Shown in pieces: positions 1 through 7,139 of a stretch of 64,000 bases of DNA (its first letter is position 1; each line of letters starts with the position of its first letter). This DNA comes from an uncultured Candidatus Rokubacteria bacterium (GTDB lineage Bacteria > Methylomirabilota > Methylomirabilia > Rokubacteriales > DASRDR01), in NCBI GenBank assembly GCA_963805625.1, contig CAWDVE010000024.1, positions 32,001 through 96,000 of the forward strand, in the 5' to 3' direction. The translations under genes and the position numbers were made by a program. The notes beneath the pieces were generated by a model, which saw only the letters and a list, made by a program, of their open reading frames with translations, was not told where the DNA came from and made no database searches.

Positions 1-916
1 CGAAACCGCTCACGATCAGTCCGAGGAATGCCCGATTGCCGGCGACCGCGCTCCAGAGACCGGTTGTCGTGCCTGCGGCCGGGCGCGCCCGGCTTGCCAG
101 GTGCGGCTCCGGGATCATCAGGAAGCAGGCGGTGCCGGCCAGGCCCGTCAGGAAGGCGAGGGCGAACACGGCCTGATAGCCGAGGTTCGGCTGGCCGAGC
201 CAGCCGTTCCCGGCCTTGATGAGCCAGCCGGCGAGGGGCGCGACCAGGAGTGCCGCCAGCATGATCATGAGGTTGCGATTCCCGAAGTACTGCGCGCGCA
301 GGCGCGGTGGGACCAGATCGCCGACTAGCACGGTCCACGCCGGGTTGCCGAAGTTCGACATGAAGGACCGGACCCCGTTGAGGGCGATGATCAGCCAGAT
401 GGCGGTGGCGGGGACGGGGGTCATCCACGGCACCAGCGCGAGGGCGAGCAGCGCGATGCGCGCGAAGCCGCCGACGGTCCACGTGACGAGGGGCTTCCGG
501 TGCCGGGCCGCGTCGGCGGCGCGCGCTCCCGGGAACAGGGAGACGGCGCCGAGGAGGTTCTGAATCGCGGCCACGAGACCCAGCTGGCTCGTGCTCGCGC
601 CGTAGGCGAGGGCGTAGAGGACGATGAACCCGAGATAGAGGTTGTCGCTGACCGTGGTGAAGAAGCCGTCGAGCCACGACCACCGGATCCCCGCGAGCCG
701 CCGGGGTGTGAGGGCCTCGTCATCTTCTCCCGCCTCGGGCTTGGGGTGCTTGAGCGCCTCCCAGTTGAGCCGGTGCGGCCGGAGGTGATCGAGGCGGCTC
801 ACCCGGCGCTGCACGACGTGCAGGTGCCAGCGGCTCGGTGCGAGCAGGGTCTCGCGGGGCACGATGAAGCGATCGAGCCAGGCGAGCCGCGCGCGGCCGC
901 GATCGTGGAAACTCAC
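1..916 (-). CDS. MFS transporter (3' end runs off the window)
   Basis: Not in the ORF track. Minus-strand frame from a GTG near 916 reads ...WSWLDGFFTTVSDNLYLGFIVLYALAYGASTSQLGLVAAIQNLLG...GNPAWTVLVGDLVPPRLRAQYFGNRN..., with multiple TM helices and an MFS loop motif. Start codon uncertain. Confidence 0.8.
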   Translation of the reverse strand, partial: MSFHDRGRARLAWLDRFIVPRETLLAPSRWHLHVVQRRVSRLDHLRPHRLNWEALKHPKPEAGEDDEALTPRRLAGIRWSWLDGFFTTVSDNLYLGFIVLYALAYGASTSQLGLVAAIQNLLGAVSLFPGARAADAARHRKPLVTWTVGGFARIALLALALVPWMTPVPATAIWLIIALNGVRSFMSNFGNPAWTVLVGDLVPPRLRAQYFGNRNLMIMLAALLVAPLAGWLIKAGNGWLGQPNLGYQAVFALAFLTGLAGTACFLMIPEPHLASRARPAAGTTTGLWSAVAGNRAFLGLIVSGF

Positions 917-968
917 CGCGCCATGGTGACCGCTCGGCCTGAGCGGCGCAAGAGCTAGACTGGACGCC

Positions 969-1703
969 GTGGCGCGCGGGGCTCGGCATTCTGGACGGGG
1001 ACGGGTGTGGCGCCGGCTCGCGCTCCTCGGGCTCCTGGCCGTGAGTGCCTGGCTCGCCTACGAGGTCTGGACGTGGCCGCGCATGGGCGCCCTCGCCGCG
1101 CGCCCGCCCCGGACCACGGCATTCATCGACCGCTATCGAGCGGAGCAGCGCGAGACCGGACGGGACGACCGCATCCAGTGGACGTGGGTGCCCTACGCCG
1201 CCATCTCGGTGCACGTCAAGCGCGCCGTGGTCGTCGCCGAGGACATCGGATTCTTCGCCCACGGGGGCGTCGACCTCGACGAGGTGGAGGATGCACTCGA
1301 GCGCGCCGTCGAACGGAAGGAGCTGCCGCGCGGGGCGTCCACCATCACGCAGCAGCTCGCGAAGAATCTCTGGCTGACGCCCTCGCGGAACCCGCTCCGG
1401 AAGGGGCGGGAGGCGCTCCTCGCGTGGCAGCTCGAGCGAACGCTCACCAAGCGGCGGATCCTGGAACTCTACCTCAATGTCGCCGAGTTCGGGCCAGGAT
1501 GCTACGGGGTCGAGGCGGCGGCGCGCCGGTATTTCGGGAAGTCCGCTGCGGACGTGGCTCCACTCGAGGCGGCGCAGCTCGCGGCGAGCCTTCCGAACCC
1601 GCGCGCCTGGCACCCGGGCTCGACGGGCCGGGCCTACCAGGCGCACGTGGCGCGGATACTCCGTCGCGTCGAGCGCGCCGACTGGCTCGGTCGGCTCCTC
1701 TGA
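969..1703 (+). CDS. mtgA: monofunctional peptidoglycan transglycosylase (GT51)
   Basis: N-terminal TM helix; motifs AEDxxFFxHxG, RGASTITQQLAKNL and RILELYLN; no transpeptidase domain. Confidence 0.93.
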   Translation: MARGARHSGRGRVWRRLALLGLLAVSAWLAYEVWTWPRMGALAARPPRTTAFIDRYRAEQRETGRDDRIQWTWVPYAAISVHVKRAVVVAEDIGFFAHGGVDLDEVEDALERAVERKELPRGASTITQQLAKNLWLTPSRNPLRKGREALLAWQLERTLTKRRILELYLNVAEFGPGCYGVEAAARRYFGKSAADVAPLEAAQLAASLPNPRAWHPGSTGRAYQAHVARILRRVERADWLGRLL

Positions 1704-1712
1704 CGGCGGACG

Positions 1713-2729
1713 TCAGCGACTGATGCCGAGAATCGGCCGGGTCGAGCCCCCGAGCGCCCGGATGACGGCAGTCAGGACCTCGTCCGGCGTGTCCGGCCAG
1801 ACGGGCCCGCCGGGCCCGACGACGAGCCCCTCTTCCCTGACATCCGCGAGGGCGTTGCGCGCGGCCAGCACGGCCGCCGCCGGCGGCTCATCACGGAGGG
1901 CTCTGGGGTCGAGCCCCCCTAGCGCCGCGGCGCCCAGCCGCGCGTGACCGTCCACGAGCGCGGGCAGGTCCGCGCTCGGTGCCCAGCCCACCACGTCGAC
2001 GGGCCAGGTCGCCACCCGCGCGAAGGGAACGGGTCCGGTGACATGGACCACTCGGAGCGCCGCCCGGCCGTCGAGGGCGGCCAGGACCGCCCGGTCGTGG
2101 GGCTCGAGGAGCTCGGCGTAGGTCGACGCCCCGAACGCGGGCTCGGCGGGCGCGTGCACCGTGTAGAGCACCCCGGCCAGGCCCTCGGCGAGGCAGAGCT
2201 CGGCGAAGCGGATCTGGGTCTCGGCGAGCGCCCGCAGGGCGTCGCCGACGAGCCCCGGCCACTCCCGGAGATGGGCGGCGAGCCGGCCGCCCCCCAGGCG
2301 CGCCGCCACGGTCGAGGGCGCGGGAAGCACCACGATCACCGGGGCATCCCCGATACGGCGGTCGAACCCCACGCGGACAAGCGTTTCCACGACGTCTCCG
2401 TAGCCGGGGGCCGACGCCGGATCGAGCGCCCGGATCGCCCCCCAGTCCTCGGGCCGGGTCACTGCGCAGCGGGTGCAGGGACGGCTCCCATCGTTCCGGG
2501 GGGCCTCGGCCTCCACGCAGCCCCAGGCCTGGGCGGCATAGCCGGCCCGCGGCACCACGGCCAGGAAGTCCGACCCGTACCGGTCGTGGAAGCGGAGGGT
2601 CGCCTGGGCCAGGGCCGCGGGCGACCGATCCGCCGTGGGGAAGTAGCGCCAGAAGGCATAGGGGGGGCGGTCCACGGGCTCGCGCCGGGCCGCGGCGCGG
2701 ACGCGGTCGAGACGACCCAGGGGCGCCAT
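1713..2729 (-). CDS. uroporphyrinogen decarboxylase (URO-D) / methyltransferase superfamily protein
   Basis: VDRPPYAFWRYF N-terminus, YGSDF and C-terminal GPGGPVWPDTP fit a URO-D TIM barrel. Start taken at MAPLGRL. Confidence 0.75.
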   Translation of the reverse strand: MAPLGRLDRVRAAARREPVDRPPYAFWRYFPTADRSPAALAQATLRFHDRYGSDFLAVVPRAGYAAQAWGCVEAEAPRNDGSRPCTRCAVTRPEDWGAIRALDPASAPGYGDVVETLVRVGFDRRIGDAPVIVVLPAPSTVAARLGGGRLAAHLREWPGLVGDALRALAETQIRFAELCLAEGLAGVLYTVHAPAEPAFGASTYAELLEPHDRAVLAALDGRAALRVVHVTGPVPFARVATWPVDVVGWAPSADLPALVDGHARLGAAALGGLDPRALRDEPPAAAVLAARNALADVREEGLVVGPGGPVWPDTPDEVLTAVIRALGGSTRPILGISR

Positions 2730-2845
2730 CGGCGGGGATGCTAGCACGGGTCGACCTTGGCGGGGACTTGGCGTATCCTTTTCGGTCGGAAGTCCGATGC
2801 CATCTTCCACATCATGTCGTCCGACGGACGGGAGGGTTTCCTGAC

Positions 2846-3457
2846 ATGACACGGTTCAGTGTGCGGTGGGCAGTGCCGGTGCTCGCGGGCGTCGCCCTGC
2901 TGGTGGCAGGCTGCGATTCTCCCCCGGAGGCCGAGAAGAAGGCGGCCGATGCGGCGATCGCGGCGGCCAAGTCGGCGGAGGCGGACAAGTACGCCGGCCC
3001 CGCCTACAAGGCGGTGACCGATCTCCAGCGGCAGGCCGAGAGCTTCATGGGTGAGAAGAAGTACAAGGAGGCGAAGGCGGCGTACGAGCGGGCCAAGGGC
3101 CTCGCCGACGACGCCAGCAAGGCGGCCGTGACAGGCAAGGCCACGATGACGGCCGAAGTGGAGAAGGGCATCGCCGCCGCCGAGGCCGCGTGGACGGGCC
3201 TCGAGAAGCAAGCTCAGGCCGCGGCGAAGAAGATGAAGCCGGACATGAAGAAGGCCTGGACGGACGACGAGAAGGCGGCGAAGGACGCGCTGCAGGCGGC
3301 GAAGGCCGCGGTGGCCAAGGCGCCGGCCGAGGCCAAGGACAAGCTCGCCGTGGTGCTGGCCTCGATCGAGAAGTGGACGAAGGATCTTGCCGCAGCCGCG
3401 ACGCCGGCGCCGAAGACGCCCCAGGTCAAGACGCCCGCTCCCGCGAAGAAGCCGTAG
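2846..3457 (+). CDS. Ala/Lys-rich helical lipoprotein (DUF4398-like)
   Basis: GGAGG upstream; lipobox LVAG-C; AKSAEADKYA helical repeats; Pro/Lys-rich tail. Confidence 0.75.
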   Translation: MTRFSVRWAVPVLAGVALLVAGCDSPPEAEKKAADAAIAAAKSAEADKYAGPAYKAVTDLQRQAESFMGEKKYKEAKAAYERAKGLADDASKAAVTGKATMTAEVEKGIAAAEAAWTGLEKQAQAAAKKMKPDMKKAWTDDEKAAKDALQAAKAAVAKAPAEAKDKLAVVLASIEKWTKDLAAAATPAPKTPQVKTPAPAKKP

Positions 3458-3536
3458 CAAGTCTCTGATGCCGCGGCCGGCCGCGCTTCGTACCGGAGCC
3501 CGGTCGGCCGCGGTGGCTTCCCGGGTCGACGCGCGA

Positions 3537-3785
3537 TCAGTCGACCCCCCGCTCGACGACCAGCGTCACCTCGTCCTCGATCGCGCGACCGCGGTTGCCG
3601 GGTCGTACCGTCCAGTCCGGATGCGCGCGAATCGCACGGACGGCGGCCTCCACCACCCGCGGGGCGATCCGGTCCTGGAACTCGCGGAGCCATCCGTAGC
3701 CGTCCAGCTCGCCGTCATAACCCTCCTCGAACGCGCAGCGGAGATCGAGTCTCAGCGTGAAGTCCCGCTCCTCGACGAAGCGCAT
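3537..3785 (-). CDS. hypothetical protein (82 aa)
   Basis: AAGGAG RBS upstream; protein-like composition. Confidence 0.7.
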   Translation of the reverse strand: MRFVEERDFTLRLDLRCAFEEGYDGELDGYGWLREFQDRIAPRVVEAAVRAIRAHPDWTVRPGNRGRAIEDEVTLVVERGVD

Positions 3786-3925
3786 CTGGGCTCCTTCTGC
3801 CGGTGTCCGGTGGTGGTTGCTCGTGGGGCGACGCTGGGGAGCGGTGCCGGTCGCTAGATTGTACGATGGCTGTGATCGGAGGCTGAGTCCGCGATCCGGA
3901 ACCTTCTTCGCTCAGGAGGTGCGCC

Positions 3926-4438
3926 ATGAGCGTCGTGATTGGTGCGGTGGGGTTAGCGCTCCTCGCTCTCACGGTCCTGCCGGTCCCCGCGACCGCATAC
4001 TCCATGGTGGCCGTCATCGAGACCCAGAGCCAGGGTCCACTCGCCTGTGGCAACACCGCGCGAGGCCTGGAAGGGACGCAGACGCTCCTCGGGATCTCGG
4101 ACGAGATCCTGCTGCCCTCGGCGGAGGGCGTGGGCGGCGACCCCAGTGGGGCGCTCCAGGTCCGGCCCGTCGTCGTCATCAAGGAGCTCGATCGGTGCAC
4201 GCCGCCGCTGTTCCTGGCGCTCGTGAACCGGGAACGGATCCGCCTCGTCGAGATCCGGCTGTTCGACCGGCAGGGCATCCACTTCTTCACGATTCGACTG
4301 GAGGACGCGCTCGTCACGCGTATCTCGCGACAGGTTCGCTCGCACGGCCTGCACGAGGAAGTCGCGTTCACGTTCCGGGCGATCCAGCTCATCGACGAGC
4401 GGAGCGGGGCGAGCGCCTCTCACCAGTTTTCCGGTTGA
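3926..4438 (+). CDS. Hcp/TssD-like tube-fold protein with N-terminal signal peptide
   Basis: AGGAGG RBS; hydrophobic leader ending ATA; Hcp-like motifs RPVVVIKELDRCTPPLFLAL, FFTIRLEDALVTRI and EEVAFTFRAI. Confidence 0.8.
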   Translation: MSVVIGAVGLALLALTVLPVPATAYSMVAVIETQSQGPLACGNTARGLEGTQTLLGISDEILLPSAEGVGGDPSGALQVRPVVVIKELDRCTPPLFLALVNRERIRLVEIRLFDRQGIHFFTIRLEDALVTRISRQVRSHGLHEEVAFTFRAIQLIDERSGASASHQFSG

Positions 4439-4469
4439 CCTCGCCTGGCCCGCGCACTGGCCCGGCGCC

Positions 4470-5387
4470 TCAGGGGGCGCCCGCGGCGTGAGGCTTCAGT
4501 ACCCCGAGGGCGACCTGGTGGAACGGGGTGTCGATCCCCGCTGCCCGCCCCAGCCGCCAGACGGCGCCCGACAGCCAGTCGACCTCGAGCCGCCGCCCCC
4601 GCTCCAGGTCGATCGCCAGCGACGCCCGCCACGTCGCCGGCATGCCCTGGACGAACGAGAGCGTCCGCCGCACGTCCTCCTCGGTGAGCCCGACCCCGTG
4701 CGCGTTTGCCACCGCCACGACCTCGCGCATGCCCTGCTCCGCCAGGCGCCAGGTTTCCTCGTGGGCGCGGACGCGGGCGAGCGCCACGCGGGTCATCGCG
4801 CTCAGGGCCCCCATCGGGGCCATGACCAGGAACTTCCGCCAGATCTCGAGGCGAATGTCGGGGCTCGACACGGTCTCGATGCCGGCGCGATTCCCGAGTG
4901 TCACGAGGCGGGCGAGCCGTGCGCTCTCCCGCCCGTCCAACTCGCCCACCGTGAGGCGGTTCAGCGCGTTGTGCTGGATCACGCCCGGTGCCGCGATCTC
5001 AGCATTGATCAGGACGACGCCGCCGACGGCGTGTGCCCGGCCGCGGAGGCGCTCCACGATATCCGTGGCATCGATCCCGTTCTGCAGGCACACGATCGCG
5101 GTGTCGTGGCCGACCATCGGCGCGATCGCCCGCGCGGCGGCCTCCACGTCGTAGAGCTTCGTCGCTAGGAGCACGGCGTCGACGGCACCGACCGCAGCCG
5201 GATCGTCAGTGGCGGCGGCCGGCGCGATCAGCAGGTCACCGAGCGGACTCCGGACCGTGAGCCCGTGCGCGCGGATCGCCGTCAGATGTGGGCCACGCGC
5301 CACGAAGGTCACCTCGGCCCCGGCCGCCGCCAGCCGCGCGCCGAGGTAGCCGCCGATGGAGCCGGATCCCATCACCGCGATCTTCAT
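4470..5387 (-). CDS. panE: 2-dehydropantoate 2-reductase family protein
   Basis: MKIAVMGSGSIGG, LQNG, IWRKF and SLAIDLERGRRLEVD motifs. Confidence 0.88.
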   Translation of the reverse strand: MKIAVMGSGSIGGYLGARLAAAGAEVTFVARGPHLTAIRAHGLTVRSPLGDLLIAPAAATDDPAAVGAVDAVLLATKLYDVEAAARAIAPMVGHDTAIVCLQNGIDATDIVERLRGRAHAVGGVVLINAEIAAPGVIQHNALNRLTVGELDGRESARLARLVTLGNRAGIETVSSPDIRLEIWRKFLVMAPMGALSAMTRVALARVRAHEETWRLAEQGMREVVAVANAHGVGLTEEDVRRTLSFVQGMPATWRASLAIDLERGRRLEVDWLSGAVWRLGRAAGIDTPFHQVALGVLKPHAAGAP

Positions 5388-5480
5388 CGATGACACCTCC
5401 CGGAGTCGCTCGGGAGCCCGCGGGCCCACCGGAAGCGAGCTGAGCCTCGCCGTGGAATCGGCGCTCTGCGCCGACTCAGG

Positions 5481-6356
5481 TCAGGGGCGTGGTTGGCCCT
5501 GAAGCCGCGAGCGCCGGGCGAGCTTTGTCACCTGGTTGAGCCCAACCTCGGCGAGGTAGAGGTTCCCGCGCGAGTCACCCCAGACGCCGTGGGCGCCCAC
5601 GTTCACCGGCCGGCCGCGGGCCACGAGGCGCCCCTCGGGGGAGTACATGCTGATGCGCGGGATTTGGTCGGTGACGTAGACGGTGCCGGTGGCGTCGACG
5701 TAGATGTCCATGGGGTGGTAGAGGTCTCGCCACTCACCGTAGTAGTCGCCCTCCGGGCTGAACAGCTGGACCCGATCGTTCTCCCGATCGGCGACGAGCA
5801 CGCGGTTCTGCCCGTCGACCCAGATGCCGTGGGGCGTCGTGAACTGGGCGTGCCCCGAGCCCGGCGTGCCCCAGGAGCCCAGGTACCGGCCCTCGGCCGA
5901 GAACCGGTGCACTGACGAGTTGCCGTACCCGTCCGCGACGTAGATCTCGCCGGCCGGCGACACGGCGACGTCGGCGGGGTGATTGAACGGCGCCTGAAGC
6001 GAGGGGCGTCCGCGCTGGCCCAGCACCAGCACGATCCGACCCTCCGGCGTGAGCTTCAGGACCTCGTGCTCGTCCCGGTTGCAGAGATAGACGTGATCGT
6101 CCGGGCCAATGAAGATCCCGTGAGCATCGCGCAGGCGCTCGCTTCCCCACCCGCTGAGGAAGTGGCCGTTGGCGTCGAAGACCAGGACCGGCGGGTCCTT
6201 CCGCTGGTAGAAGTAGACGCGGTCCTTCGAGTCCACCGCCACGTGGCTGACCAGCCCGAGGCTCCAGCCCGCCGGCAGGGTGCCCCAGGGCCGCACCACG
6301 TCGTAGACGAAATCGCCGGTACCCACCACGAGCCCGGGCGCCTGATCGCTCGACAT
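5481..6356 (-). CDS. NHL-repeat beta-propeller (peptidyl-alpha-hydroxyglycine lyase-like)
   Basis: FNHPADVAV, YVADGYGNSSVHRFS, FTTPHGIWVD and VADRENDRVQ repeats. Confidence 0.88.
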   Translation of the reverse strand: MSSDQAPGLVVGTGDFVYDVVRPWGTLPAGWSLGLVSHVAVDSKDRVYFYQRKDPPVLVFDANGHFLSGWGSERLRDAHGIFIGPDDHVYLCNRDEHEVLKLTPEGRIVLVLGQRGRPSLQAPFNHPADVAVSPAGEIYVADGYGNSSVHRFSAEGRYLGSWGTPGSGHAQFTTPHGIWVDGQNRVLVADRENDRVQLFSPEGDYYGEWRDLYHPMDIYVDATGTVYVTDQIPRISMYSPEGRLVARGRPVNVGAHGVWGDSRGNLYLAEVGLNQVTKLARRSRLQGQPRP

Positions 6357-6629
6357 TCGCTGTCTCCCGAGGTCGGGCGCCGATTGCCCCCCGCCCGCCC
6401 GAGTATAGGGCACCGCGGATGGAATCGGCGCGGCCGGTCCGAGGAGGGGCGACGGGTGCGGCCTGGCGCGGGCTGACGCGCCGCGCGCGTTCCTCCTGAC
6501 GAGTGGCCGCGGCGGCGGCGTGCGCGTCGAGCTGCCAGACGCGCGGGTCACGCCCCTTCTGGCGAGCTGCGTGGTCCACGCTCGCTGGGACAACCACCTC
6601 GCCGTTGGGCGGACGCGGCCGCCGGCCAG

Positions 6630-7094
6630 CTAGCTGGTCGAGCGCCGCGCCGAGCGGCCCGGGTCGGACCGCCCTCGCGGAGGCCTTTGTAGGCGGGCCG
6701 GGGGCGAGGACCCGGGCGCGTCGAGCGTCGCGAGCAGGCGTCGCGCGCACTCGCGCTTGGACGGGTCCTGGTCGCGGGCGACGATGCGTTGGAGGACGGA
6801 GCGCGCGCGCGGGTCGCCAGCGTCGCCGAGCGCGAAGCCCAGGACATCGCGCCGGTCGAACCACGTCCGGTCGAACGGCACTTCGACGAGAGGCAAGCGG
6901 GTCCAGTAATACTGGAGCTCGTCGGAGCGCCAGCCCGCGTAGACCTCCTCCCACGTGAAAGGCTGGCCGTCGGGATTGGCGTTGTCCGGATTGAAGGCGT
7001 CCCGGACGCGCTGGAAGCGGCAGTCGATCGACATCCGGAGACGGTCGCAGTGGATGCACGGAGCGTGGCTCGACCATTTCACGGTAGCGGGCAA
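6630..7094 (-). CDS. hypothetical protein with C-terminal HEAT-like helix pair, possibly a truncated gene
   Basis: ALGDAGDPRARSVLQRIVARDQDPSKRECARRLL is HEAT-like; CxxC near the N-terminus; weak start. Confidence 0.4.
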   Translation of the reverse strand: MPATVKWSSHAPCIHCDRLRMSIDCRFQRVRDAFNPDNANPDGQPFTWEEVYAGWRSDELQYYWTRLPLVEVPFDRTWFDRRDVLGFALGDAGDPRARSVLQRIVARDQDPSKRECARRLLATLDAPGSSPPARLQRPPRGRSDPGRSARRSTS

Positions 7095-7139
7095 CGGCCT
7101 GGTCGTCGACGTGTCGGACCCGATCTGGCGGCGGGATGG

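Noticed and set aside
3926-4438. Type VI secretion locus
   Set aside because: Only the Hcp-like gene is present; no sheath, baseplate, VgrG or membrane-complex genes.
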